Shown: in pieces, positions 38,703 to 48,128 of the stretch
Layout: each line of letters starts with the position of its first letter
Numbering within the stretch: position 1 is the stretch's first letter
Origin: Candidatus Moranbacteria bacterium CG10_big_fil_rev_8_21_14_0_10_35_21
Lineage (GTDB): Bacteria; Patescibacteriota; Minisyncoccia; Moranbacterales; UBA2206
Assembly (NCBI GenBank): GCA_002773095.1
Contig: PFCG01000018.1
Location: 25,008 to 89,007 of the forward strand
Reading direction: 5' to 3'
DNA: 64,000 bases
Translations under genes and position numbers: made by a program
Notes under the pieces: model-generated
Database searches by the model: none
Seen by the model: the letters and a program-made list of their open reading frames with translations, nothing else
What the model was told of the DNA's origin: nothing

Positions 38703-40145
38703 CTAGAGCCGGCTAATGGCCGCCTCCAGTCTTTTTAGGCTTTCTTCTTTGCCTAAAACCCAGACCACTTCAAAGGGTGAGGGGGATTTTTTTTCTCCAG
38801 TAAGAGCCACCCGCAAAGGCCACAGCAACTCCCCTCTTTGGGCTCCCGCTTTTTCCATCATAATTTTTTCCAAACTATCTTTCCTCCATTCTAAACCGGA
38901 AACTTCTTCTAAAATTTTTTGCGCTTTTTCCAAAGAATTTTTAATCTCTTCTCCGCTCATATTTTTCCAAGCCAAAAGATTTTTATCATATTCCAAATCT
39001 TGAAAGAAAAATTGACTGCTCTCCCCTACTGAGAATAAATTTTCCAATCGATCTTGCTCAATTTGCAAAATCTTTTTAATATATTCTTCGGATTTTTTTT
39101 CAGTTGGCGCTTTTTGAAAAAATTCTTTCTGCTCCAAAAATTTTATCGCTTTCTGATAGAGCTCATCTATCGACAACTTTTTTATATATTGCGAATTAAT
39201 CCAATCCAATTTCTTGGGATCGAAAACCGCTCCAGCTTTATGAACTTTTTCCAATTCAAAATATTTAATCAGTTCTTGCAAGGAAAAAACTTCTTGGGTA
39301 CTACCTTGCCCTGGATTCCAACCAATCAAAGCCACAAAATTAAGTAAGGCTTCTTCCAAATAACCTTTAGCTAAATAATCTTCCACCGCCACATCACCTT
39401 GCCGTTTGGAAAGCTTGCTTTTGTCCGCATTAAGTAATAATGATAGATGCACGAATTTTGGTGATTCCCAATTTAAAGCTTCGTAAATCAAAACGTGTTT
39501 GGGCGTGCTGGGCAGCCATTCTTCTCCGCGAATAACATGAGTGATTTTCATTAAATAGTCATCCACCACATTGGCTAAATGATATGTAGGAAAGCCATCC
39601 GATTTCAAAAGCACCTGATCATCTATATTAGAACTTTCAATTCTTACTTTTCCCCGAATAACATCATCAAAAACAATCACTCTATTCTCTGGAACCTTGA
39701 GACGAATCGTATAGGGACAACGGTTTTCCATATTTTTTTTAATTTCTTCCGGCGTAGAGTTTCTGCGACAAAGCTGATCATACATCGGCGCTTTTTTCTC
39801 AGCGACTTGTTTTTTTCTTGATTCGTCCAATCTTTCTTGATCGCAAAAACAATAATAAGCGTCGCCACTGGCCACCATCTGCTCGGCGTATTTTTTATAC
39901 ACCTCCAGATGTTCTGATTGAATATACGGATCCTTGTCCCAATTTAAATTAAATTTTTTTAAAGTTTCCATTAAATATTTCACTCCTCCCGGAACATTTC
40001 GTTTTTGATCTGTGTCCTCAATGCGTAAAATAAAATCACCACCATTTTTTTTAGCGAATAAATAAGCATATAAAGCCGTTCGAAGCGATCCGATATGCAA
40101 AAGTCCGGTAGGAGACGGCGCAAATCTAGTGCGAATTTTATTCAT
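38703..40145 (-). CDS. gltX: Glutamate--tRNA ligase
   Basis: RFAPSPTG.LHIGS, RIEDTD, HVIRGEEW and KLSKR motifs. Confidence 0.96.
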   Translation of the reverse strand: MNKIRTRFAPSPTGLLHIGSLRTALYAYLFAKKNGGDFILRIEDTDQKRNVPGGVKYLMETLKKFNLNWDKDPYIQSEHLEVYKKYAEQMVASGDAYYCFCDQERLDESRKKQVAEKKAPMYDQLCRRNSTPEEIKKNMENRCPYTIRLKVPENRVIVFDDVIRGKVRIESSNIDDQVLLKSDGFPTYHLANVVDDYLMKITHVIRGEEWLPSTPKHVLIYEALNWESPKFVHLSLLLNADKSKLSKRQGDVAVEDYLAKGYLEEALLNFVALIGWNPGQGSTQEVFSLQELIKYFELEKVHKAGAVFDPKKLDWINSQYIKKLSIDELYQKAIKFLEQKEFFQKAPTEKKSEEYIKKILQIEQDRLENLFSVGESSQFFFQDLEYDKNLLAWKNMSGEEIKNSLEKAQKILEEVSGLEWRKDSLEKIMMEKAGAQRGELLWPLRVALTGEKKSPSPFEVVWVLGKEESLKRLEAAISRL

Positions 40146-40971
40146 TATTATATTCTTTATTTACTAAAATTATTTTTATCGGAAAAATTATTGTGGCGTT
40201 GAAAATGCGCTTTATCCGGCTTGGCTGTTGAATGAGACGATAAAGCCATTCTAATCCCATATTTCGCATAAAAATAGGCGCTCTTTTCCGCTTTTCGATC
40301 ATAAAATCAAAGCTTCCCCCTACTCCCATAGCTAATCTTATTTTACCCCCACACCTTTTACTAGGCAAGCTGTTGTTTTTAATTAAATTACCATTAATAT
40401 ATTCAGAATTATTACTTTGTATAATTTTATCAAAAAAAAGGTGTGGGGGTTTATCACTTTTTATATTTACTAGCGAGTGGATAAATTCTTCTTGAAAAGG
40501 AGCACCATAATTGCATAAAACGATCTCGCAACCCGCAACTCGCAACTCGCAACCGTAATTATTTTTATTTAGATCAGTCCCACTAATCTTAAGTTGCGGA
40601 TAAATTTTATTTATCGCTCGCGCGGTTTCTTCCCATAAACTCAACCCATCTTTATTAGCCGCCAAAAAAATACTTAAATTTTTTTCATCAGCCATTTTTA
40701 AAATTTCTTGCATCAAGTCCGCGCCAGCAAATCTATTTTTCAATTTTTTCCCTTTCCGCCAAAAAGCTAATTTAATTCCTATTCCATCCGCCACATTCAA
40801 ATCACAACTATTCAGAATGTTTTTGAATTTTTCATTTTTTTGCGCTTCCAAAACAAATTCCGGATTGATAGTCGCAATTTGATGAAATTTTTCCTCACTT
40901 AAAAAATCAGCGATTTTTTTTAATGCTTCTTCTCGGCTAAAATTATCAATTTTGACTCCTAAAATTTCCAT
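40138..40971 (-). CDS. WecB/TagA/CpsF family glycosyltransferase
   Basis: TINPE, ADGIG, GAPFQE, GVGGSFD and GLEWLYRL..QPSR motifs; carries two repeat-derived insertions. Confidence 0.9.
   Translation of the reverse strand: MEILGVKIDNFSREEALKKIADFLSEEKFHQIATINPEFVLEAQKNEKFKNILNSCDLNVADGIGIKLAFWRKGKKLKNRFAGADLMQEILKMADEKNLSIFLAANKDGLSLWEETARAINKIYPQLKISGTDLNKNNYGCELRVAGCEIVLCNYGAPFQEEFIHSLVNIKSDKPPHLFFDKIIQSNNSEYINGNLIKNNSLPSKRCGGKIRLAMGVGGSFDFMIEKRKRAPIFMRNMGLEWLYRLIQQPSRIKRIFNATIIFPIKIILVNKEYNNE
40346..40449. mobile_element. MITE/REPIN-like element inserted in frame in the WecB/TagA gene
   Basis: ttta[cccccacacctttt...aaaaggtgtggggg]ttta. 104 bp plus the 4-bp repeat equals 36 codons; removing it restores SDKIRLAMGVGG. 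Confidence 0.75.
40525..40553. repeat. CTCGCAA heptamer tandem (x4) in coding sequence
   Basis: ctcgcaa-cccgcaa-ctcgcaa-ctcgcaa-c, encoding GCELRVAGCE on the minus strand. Same unit as in iscS. Confidence 0.75.
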
Positions 40972-41058
40972 AGTAAAAATGTTTCCTGCCTTTATTCTAG
41001 CAAAAATACGCTCTTTTTCAAACTTTCACAACTTTGCGTAAACTGCTAAAATTGGAAT

Positions 41059-43059
41059 ATGAAAAAAGCCGAAAAATTCATCATTGACGTTATTCCTCTC
41101 ACTCGGATTCCTATGACCAGAAATCATCATTTTTCCTATTTATCTAAGGAAAAAATTCCCTTTGGAACATTAGTTTCCATTCCTCTCTTCAAACGATCCA
41201 TCCGCGGCATCGTTATTCAATCTCGCTCCGATTTCCATCGTTTGGGCAATATAAAATTAAGAGAAATAACTTCTACCGATTTTACTAGCTTAATCACCGA
41301 GAATCAAATGAAAATTGCTGAATTTGTTTCTCAAAAATATTTTTGTTCTTTGGGGATCGTTCTAAAATCGATGGCACCAAAAATAATCAAAAAACCCAGA
41401 AAAGAAAAAACTATTGAAACTATCCATCCAGAGAAAAAAGAAATAATTTTAACTCCAGAACAAAATCAAGCTATTCAAAAAATATCCAAAACAACCAAGA
41501 AAGTTTCTTTGCTTTTCGGTCCATCTGGATCTGGCAAAACAGAAATTTATTTGGAACTGATCAAGAAAATAAAAAAAGACGGCCAAGCGTTAATCCTTCT
41601 ACCAGAATTAACTCTCACTCCCCAAGCGATTGAAGGATATGGCAGTCTATTTCCACCGGATAAAATTGCAGTTTTAAATAGTAAAATTTCCAAAGGCAAA
41701 TTTTATTCCGACTGGGAAAAAATCCGTTCTGGCGAAGCCCGTATTATTATTGGTTCGCGTATGGCAGTTTTTGCCCCTTTCAAAAATTTGGCTTTAATTG
41801 TGGTTGACGAAGAACAGGATATTTCTCATAAACAATGGGATATGGCTCCTCGCTATGACGCCCGAACTGTGGCCGAAGAACTGGCGAATATTTTCGGAGC
41901 TAAATTAGTTTTAGGTTCCGCTTCTCCTCGCTTAGAATCTTTTCATCTGGCCAACCAAAAGAAATATGCTTTAGCAGAATTACCCCCTTTAAAAATTTCC
42001 CCTCCTCTTTCCATAGAGTTGGAAGATATGAAAAAAGTTTATTGGAAAAAAAATAAGTTTCCTGGGGCATCTCCGATTTCTTTGATAATTTCGTCCAAAT
42101 TAAAATCGGAAATTATTTATGCCTTAAGAAATAATCTGCAAACTATTCTTTTCGTCAATCGGCAAGGTATGAGTAGTTTTTCCATTTGCACTGACTGCAA
42201 AGCTGTTCTGAAATGTCCCAAATGTGAACGCGCCCTCATCTATGCTCGTGATGGAACTTTCCATTGTCTCCACTGTACCTACAAAACATCCCCTACTCCC
42301 CGTTGTGAAAAATGCCAAGGATTAGCTTTTATTAATTTAGGAACTGGCACGCAAAAAGTAGAACGAGAAATTGAAAAATTATTTTCAAAAGCCAGAATTG
42401 CCCGAGTAGATCAAGCCACTATGCGAGTTCAAGGTGCTCAAGCGAAAATTTATGCTGAATTCTCCCAAGGCAAAATAGATATTTTAATCGGAACCCAAAT
42501 GATATCCAAAGGCTGGGATTTGCCAAGGGTAGCGCTTGTTGGTATTATTGATGCAGATAATCTATTGAGTTTGCCAGATTTTTGGGCTTATGAAAGGGCT
42601 TTTCAGAACATTATACAAGCTTCTGGCAGAGTGAGTCGACCAGGTGCTCGTTTCCCAGGAAAAGTAATCATTCAGACTTTTAATCCTGAAAGTAAGTTTT
42701 TTCAATCAGTTTCTCAAAGAGATTTTCTGGGTTTTTTTCAGAAAGAAATGGAAGAAAGAAAATGGCTGAAAATTCCTCCTTTTGGAAAAATAATCAAATT
42801 AGTTTTACAAAAAAATAATTTAGCCGAGGCTGATAAGGAAATTCGCCATATTTTTACGGAACTAGAAAAAAAATCAGATAAAAATACTATCATTTTTGAA
42901 CCCCAGGACGCCTTTATCGGAAAAATAAGAGGACGTTTCCGCAAACAAATAATTATCAAGATTCCTGCGAAGAAAAACTTAAATATCCCGTTGAAAAACT
43001 TTATTCAATCACTTTCTTCCGAATGGATAATAGACGTTGACCCAATTTCTATAATTTAA
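41059..43059 (+). CDS. priA: Primosomal protein N'
   Basis: GPSGSGKTEIY, VVDEEQD, four CxxC pairs and GTQMISKGWD. Confidence 0.95.
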   Translation: MKKAEKFIIDVIPLTRIPMTRNHHFSYLSKEKIPFGTLVSIPLFKRSIRGIVIQSRSDFHRLGNIKLREITSTDFTSLITENQMKIAEFVSQKYFCSLGIVLKSMAPKIIKKPRKEKTIETIHPEKKEIILTPEQNQAIQKISKTTKKVSLLFGPSGSGKTEIYLELIKKIKKDGQALILLPELTLTPQAIEGYGSLFPPDKIAVLNSKISKGKFYSDWEKIRSGEARIIIGSRMAVFAPFKNLALIVVDEEQDISHKQWDMAPRYDARTVAEELANIFGAKLVLGSASPRLESFHLANQKKYALAELPPLKISPPLSIELEDMKKVYWKKNKFPGASPISLIISSKLKSEIIYALRNNLQTILFVNRQGMSSFSICTDCKAVLKCPKCERALIYARDGTFHCLHCTYKTSPTPRCEKCQGLAFINLGTGTQKVEREIEKLFSKARIARVDQATMRVQGAQAKIYAEFSQGKIDILIGTQMISKGWDLPRVALVGIIDADNLLSLPDFWAYERAFQNIIQASGRVSRPGARFPGKVIIQTFNPESKFFQSVSQRDFLGFFQKEMEERKWLKIPPFGKIIKLVLQKNNLAEADKEIRHIFTELEKKSDKNTIIFEPQDAFIGKIRGRFRKQIIIKIPAKKNLNIPLKNFIQSLSSEWIIDVDPISII

Positions 43060-43063
43060 ACAA

Positions 43064-43516
43064 ATGCCAAAATTACCTATCATTACTTATCCCAACCAAA
43101 TTCTGGAAAAAAAATCCCAGAAAATAAAAGACGTTCAAGACCCTGCCATTCAGGAGTTAATTTTGAATATGTTGGACACGCTGGAGGAAAGCAATGGATT
43201 AGGGTTAGCCGCTCCTCAAGTAGGCAAATCACTGCGTCTTTGCATCGCCAAATTAGACGGCCAAACGCATATCTTAATTAATCCTAAAATTATTTCTAAG
43301 TCTTGGCGAAAATTTTATCCAGAAGAAGGCTGTTTATCCTTTCCTGGAAAATTTTTTATTACCAAAAGACACAAAAAAATTAAACTCACCGCCATCGATC
43401 GTCACGGAAAAAAGATATCCCTTTCAGCCGACGGATTACTCTCCCAGGCTTTTCAACATGAAATTGATCATCTAGATGGCGTTCTTTTTACCCAAAGAAA
43501 ATCCCGCAAAAAATAA
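43064..43516 (+). CDS. def: Peptide deformylase
   Basis: GLGLAAPQVG, EGCLS and QHEIDHLDG motifs. Confidence 0.96.
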   Translation: MPKLPIITYPNQILEKKSQKIKDVQDPAIQELILNMLDTLEESNGLGLAAPQVGKSLRLCIAKLDGQTHILINPKIISKSWRKFYPEEGCLSFPGKFFITKRHKKIKLTAIDRHGKKISLSADGLLSQAFQHEIDHLDGVLFTQRKSRKK

Positions 43517-43529
43517 AAATAAATTTACA

Positions 43530-44492
43530 ATGGAAACTGCTATTAAAAAAACTCGCTTACTTTTTGCCGGCACTTCTCCTTTTGCTGAAAAAATTTTATC
43601 CACTCTACTTGAGGAAAATTTTAATGTGGTTCTGGTTATTTTACGCCCAGAGAAAAAATCGGGACGCGAACAAAAAATAATCCAAAGTCCTCTGCGCCTC
43701 CTGGCGGAAAAAAATAATATTCCCTGCCTTGATCCAGAAAAAATAACCCCTGAAATTATAGCTGAAATAAAAAAATATCAACCGGATCTATCTATTGTAG
43801 CCGCTTATGGAAAGATATTGCCGGAAAGTTTTTTACAAATTCCGTCATTGGGCGCTCTCAATATTCATCCCTCTTTGCTCCCAAAATACCGAGGTCCATC
43901 CCCTATTCAAAGTGCTATCTTAGCCGGTGAACAAGAAACTGGGACAACGCTGATGTTAATGGATAAGGGTATGGATTCTGGAAATATAATTGCTCAAGAA
44001 AAAATCGCTATTCCTAAAGACGATCTTGGTTCAGAATTATCCAATCGCCTTTCAAAATTATCTTCTCACCTACTTCTGGAAACTTTACCACGGTGGATTA
44101 AAAAAGAAATTTCTTCTATAAAACAGGATGAGGCTTCGGCCACTCTTTGTTCGATGATTAAGAGTAGTGACGGAAAAATTTTTTGGAATAAAAAAGCCGA
44201 GGAGATTTATAATCGTTATCGCGCCTTCTCTCCTCGGCCGGGAATCTTTTCTTTCTGGCAAAAAGGAAAAGAATTAAAAAAGATTAATCTTAAAAAAATT
44301 AACCTTTCGGCTGAAATTTTGGGAAAAAATATTGCTCCTGGAACAATTGTGGAAAGAGACGGTCAAATATTAGTGGCTACCGGATTGGGAACAATTGAAA
44401 TTCAGGAAATTCAAATCGAAGGAAAAAAACCAGTGCCTATTAAAAATTTTATTAATGGCTATCCAAATTTTGTTGGAAGTGTGTTAAATTAA
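43530..44492 (+). CDS. fmt: Methionyl-tRNA formyltransferase
   Basis: FAGTSPFA, AAYGKIL, NIHPSLLPKYRG.SPIQ and MDSG motifs. Confidence 0.95.
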   Translation: METAIKKTRLLFAGTSPFAEKILSTLLEENFNVVLVILRPEKKSGREQKIIQSPLRLLAEKNNIPCLDPEKITPEIIAEIKKYQPDLSIVAAYGKILPESFLQIPSLGALNIHPSLLPKYRGPSPIQSAILAGEQETGTTLMLMDKGMDSGNIIAQEKIAIPKDDLGSELSNRLSKLSSHLLLETLPRWIKKEISSIKQDEASATLCSMIKSSDGKIFWNKKAEEIYNRYRAFSPRPGIFSFWQKGKELKKINLKKINLSAEILGKNIAPGTIVERDGQILVATGLGTIEIQEIQIEGKKPVPIKNFINGYPNFVGSVLN

Positions 44493-44496
44493 TCAT

Positions 44497-45315
44497 ATGC
44501 AACAAGAAAAAAACCAAAGTAGTTTACTCTTAACCATTGGAATATTTCTAATTCTTTTGGTAGCTGCTATCACGGTTTTTCGTTCTTTCAAAAATCCTCC
44601 CCCTTCCAATCAAACCACGTCATCTCAAAATAAAAGTTCTCAGACTGAATCCAAGAAAAGCATTTCCCCCGAAGAATTATCTAAAAAAATTCAAAATAGA
44701 GAACCGCTGTCAATTATTGATATTCGTTTCCCCGAAGAATTTCAGAAAGAACATCTAGTCGGAGCAAAGAATTACGATTTGGAAGCTATCGGGGAAAACC
44801 TAGATCAACTTTCAAAAAATCAAACCTTAGTCATCATTGATCAAGATGGCATATCCACCGCCAAAAATTTCGCTGAAATCATTCTGCCAGCTGGAGATTT
44901 GAACAATGCGGTTTATTTAACTGGTGGTTTTATTGCTTGGAAAAACCAATTTTACTCCACTATTTCCGATGGAGATCCTAACTCATTTGTTGATCAATCA
45001 AAAGTTTCCTATCTTTCCAGCGAGGCACTGAAAGAACTAATGACGAAAGAAACCAATTTGGTTTTTATAGATTTAAGAAATGAAAAAGATTTTCAGATTA
45101 GACATTTAACTGGCGCTCGCAATATCTTCTTGGAATCGTTGGAAGAAAAAAATAAAGAAATTCCCTTGGGCAAAAAAATTATCCTTTATGATAAGGATAG
45201 TTTTGGATCTTTCAAAGGAGCCGTGCGTCTTTTTGACTTAGGTATTTTTAATGTTTCCGCCCTTTCGGATGGATTTGAAACTTTAAAAGAAAAAGGATTT
45301 TCAATCGAACCTTAA
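44497..45315 (+). CDS. Membrane-anchored tandem rhodanese-like domain protein
   Basis: Two IDIR/IDLR...HL.GA.N repeats with L.GGF/L.DGF ends; N-terminal TM helix. Confidence 0.8.
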   Translation: MQQEKNQSSLLLTIGIFLILLVAAITVFRSFKNPPPSNQTTSSQNKSSQTESKKSISPEELSKKIQNREPLSIIDIRFPEEFQKEHLVGAKNYDLEAIGENLDQLSKNQTLVIIDQDGISTAKNFAEIILPAGDLNNAVYLTGGFIAWKNQFYSTISDGDPNSFVDQSKVSYLSSEALKELMTKETNLVFIDLRNEKDFQIRHLTGARNIFLESLEEKNKEIPLGKKIILYDKDSFGSFKGAVRLFDLGIFNVSALSDGFETLKEKGFSIEP

Positions 45316-46008
45316 CTAACCTTCTTTTTTATTATTCATATAAGCATAAATAAACAGTGCCTGCGAAGCTAGGGCCTTTATGATTCCCGTATTATTAGGA
45401 ACGCGTTCCTCTTTTTCGTCATAGCCTTTAACTAGCAAATAGCTTTTAATACCTTTGATTGTTTCCCGGGAGGTAATTATTAAAAAATCCTTCCGTTTGA
45501 AAGCATGAATCTCTTCGTCTAACTCAAAAAGTTCTGAATTTTTAAAATTACATCGACATTCATTTGCCTTGGATTCTTTTTCAATTCGATCGCTTTTGAT
45601 ATTGATAAATTTTAAGCAAGCACACTCGGCTTTCATAATAAAGCTGGCTGCATTGATAATAGCATTATAAATTTCTTTTTCTTTTCTTTTGTCCAAAACC
45701 GAACGATCCATTAACCCTAAAGAGATTTGAAGTAAAATATCCATTTTTCGATTAACCTCACCAATATAACTATAGGATTCAATTAAATCTTTGGAAGCTC
45801 TTTCTAGTTGCCGAAGACCTTTTTCTCTTTCCTCTTTTTGCACACTAGCCTGGCGCTCTTTAATTACGAACAAAATAAAACCAGTAATTCCCAACAGAAA
45901 GATGAAAATTTCCTCCACATTATTTTCAGAGAAAGAATAAGCACCCCGATGAACAATATCCGGAACCAGCACGGCTACTATAAAGATTACGAAATAAATC
46001 CAATACAT
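45316..46008 (-). CDS. Hypothetical membrane protein (2 TM helices, coiled coil, soluble domain)
   Basis: 230-aa ORF co-oriented with obgE. Confidence 0.7.
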   Translation of the reverse strand: MYWIYFVIFIVAVLVPDIVHRGAYSFSENNVEEIFIFLLGITGFILFVIKERQASVQKEEREKGLRQLERASKDLIESYSYIGEVNRKMDILLQISLGLMDRSVLDKRKEKEIYNAIINAASFIMKAECACLKFINIKSDRIEKESKANECRCNFKNSELFELDEEIHAFKRKDFLIITSRETIKGIKSYLLVKGYDEKEERVPNNTGIIKALASQALFIYAYMNNKKEG

Positions 46009-46042
46009 ATTTTTTTAATATTCTATTACACTTTGGACTTCT

Positions 46043-47020
46043 TTATATTTCTTTTTTTAAAGCCTGCTTAATATTTGAACGCATTACCTTTTTTAGATTT
46101 TCTAAACTTTCAAAATCATGAATGGACGTGGCCACCACTTCAACGCCTAGTTTTTTTAGTTGATTTGTTTTTTCTTTTTTCTCTTTATCACTGATAATAT
46201 CGCTTTTGGTTAAAATAATAATTTCTGGTTTTTCTGTTAATTCAGGATTATATTTTTTTAATTCTTTTCTAACCGTTTGATAATCCGCTTTCAAGTTGGT
46301 TGATTCAGCCGATAAGCAATGAAAAAGAATTTTGGTGCGTTGGATGTGACGCAAAAATTTAATACCCAGTCCCCGTCCTTCAGAAGCCCCCTCAATCAAT
46401 CCTGGAATATCAGCAATGATCCAATCCTCAAAAGCACCTAGATTCGGTTCCAAGGTTGTAAAAGAATAATTACCCACCTTAACATCGGCCTTAGTCAGTT
46501 CATTTAATAAACTAGATTTTCCGGCATTTGGAAAACCAATCAATCCCAAATCGGCAATCAACCTTAATTCCACCAAAAAAGTAAAGCTTTCTCCAGACCG
46601 ACCTTTTTCTGATTCTAAGGGAGTGGTGTTAGAAGGAGAACGAAAGAAAAAATTTCCCTGCCCACCAACGCCTCCCTTAGCCGCCAAAATTTCTTCACCT
46701 ACTTTAGTAATCTCAAAAGATTTATTCGTATCCAAATTATTAATCACTGATCCAATTGGCACAGTCAAAAAAATATCCTCTCCGTTTTTCCCAGAGGATC
46801 GGTTACCCATTCCCTGGTTTCCATTCTGAGCCAGATATTTTCTCTTATTTCTATATTTATTCAAAGCCGTTAGGTTGGAAACACCTTGAAAAAAGACATT
46901 GCCACCATTGCCTCCCCGTCCGCCAGCCGGACCTAAGCTCATTTTATTTTTATCAAAAGACACTACTCCGTCTCCTCCTTTACCGGCCGAAGCGTTTATT
47001 TTAGCCTCATCTATCAACAT
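46043..47020 (-). CDS. obgE: GTPase ObgE/CgtA
   Basis: Gly-rich Obg fold; GFPNAGKSS, FTTLEPNLG and DIPGLIEGA motifs. Confidence 0.95.
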   Translation of the reverse strand: MLIDEAKINASAGKGGDGVVSFDKNKMSLGPAGGRGGNGGNVFFQGVSNLTALNKYRNKRKYLAQNGNQGMGNRSSGKNGEDIFLTVPIGSVINNLDTNKSFEITKVGEEILAAKGGVGGQGNFFFRSPSNTTPLESEKGRSGESFTFLVELRLIADLGLIGFPNAGKSSLLNELTKADVKVGNYSFTTLEPNLGAFEDWIIADIPGLIEGASEGRGLGIKFLRHIQRTKILFHCLSAESTNLKADYQTVRKELKKYNPELTEKPEIIILTKSDIISDKEKKEKTNQLKKLGVEVVATSIHDFESLENLKKVMRSNIKQALKKEI

Positions 47021-47082
47021 ACTACTTAAGTTATTCTTATATTTTAATCATAGCGACTAAAATCTAATTTAACAAGGTCTAT

Positions 47083-47111
47083 TTGACAAAACACTAATTT
47101 TATGCTATAAT
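47083..47111 (+). promoter_or_regulatory. Consensus sigma70 promoter with no downstream ORF
   Basis: TTGACA-17 bp-TATAAT with an extended -10 TG. Confidence 0.75.
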
Positions 47112-47116
47112 TGAAG

Positions 47117-47190
47117 ATAGTGCCTTCCTCTATTTTTTTTAAATAATATTAGAAAAGGACGTTGATAATAAATCTATCAACGTCCTTTTT
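47117..47190 (+). ncRNA. Candidate small RNA of about 73 nt
   Basis: Bounded by the consensus promoter and a strong terminator; no plausible ORF inside. Confidence 0.35.
47153..47190. terminator. Bidirectional intrinsic terminator
   Basis: aaaaggacgttgata-ataaatc-tatcaacgtcctttt; perfect stem with A and T tails. Confidence 0.85.
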
Positions 47191-47200
47191 AAGATTAAAT

Positions 47201-47734
47201 TTATGTCCGTGCACCTACTAGTGCGCGGAAGTCCTGCCGATGGGCACACCTTTTTTTCTTAATCGAACACTTATCCTTCTCTCTGGGTAAATAATCGCTT
47301 CCTACCCCAAAAGCAATAGCCTTAAGCGACAAGGCTCTGTCTAAAGTCGCTACACTTACCTTTCGATCTTCCAAATACTTTTGCGCTTCCCTATGAGCCG
47401 CTCTTATGATTTGGTCATCGACAGTTTCAGACAGTTCTTTTGGATTACCAGTATTTAGACAAAAGCAACATCCTGCTGGAAGTTTTTGTTCACCCTTGAA
47501 ATATTTTTCCAGAAAATTGATAACTTTTTTGGCCGTTCTTTTAACTCCATTTTTTGAGTATTTAGAAATACAATCCAGTTCGTCAATAACTCCTGTTGTA
47601 ATAACAATTATCTTTCTTCTCTTCAGGCCCCTGAGATATTTAGAAAATTTATGTAAAAATACATTCGTATCCCAGAATTCTACTTCCACATTTTTGTAAT
47701 CATATCTTCTGATTTGGCCGTTTGATTTACCCAA
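47201..47734 (-). CDS. PIN-domain ribonuclease (PIN_4-like), standalone
   Basis: DTNVFL, VIDELD, DDQII and T.DRAL acidic motifs. SD AAAGGAG precedes the TTG start. Confidence 0.8.
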   Translation of the reverse strand: MGKSNGQIRRYDYKNVEVEFWDTNVFLHKFSKYLRGLKRRKIIVITTGVIDELDCISKYSKNGVKRTAKKVINFLEKYFKGEQKLPAGCCFCLNTGNPKELSETVDDQIIRAAHREAQKYLEDRKVSVATLDRALSLKAIAFGVGSDYLPREKDKCSIKKKRCAHRQDFRALVGART

Positions 47735-48068
47735 AATTCTCTCCTTTCTGAATAATTAAAAAAGATGCCTCGGCGAAGACACTTTCAAAAAATTAAGGTA
47801 CTATCCTCCTTTCTTTTTATTTGTATTTTAATTATAGCATAACTTTAAAAATAAAAAAAACACCACATTCGACTATACAAAAATAAAACTTTCGCTCTAC
47901 TCTCTACACGCCAAATGTGGCTTGTCACCCCTCTCCTACTGGCCACACTTGCTTTATAGGAAAAAGGATTTAATTGTTTAAACTGTGGCCTGTTCTTGGA
48001 GCGATTATTGATAACCGTCCACTCTCTAATACAAAGAAAACACACAAATATTGCGGAAACTTTAAAAA

Positions 48069-48128
48069 TGTTCCGGGACTAGGATTTTTACCCCATACCA
48101 ATTTGTTCCCAGACTAGGATTTTTACCC
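48069..48128. repeat. Two 25-bp direct repeats resembling tRNA 3' ends (att-like)
   Basis: tgttccgggactaggatttttaccc (48069-48093) versus tgttcccagactaggatttttaccc (48104-48128); 23 of 25 identical. Confidence 0.8.

Noticed and set aside
48069-48128. Possible mini CRISPR array (two 25-bp repeats)
   Set aside because: Only two copies with a 10-bp gap, no cas operon, and the sequence resembles tRNA 3' ends.
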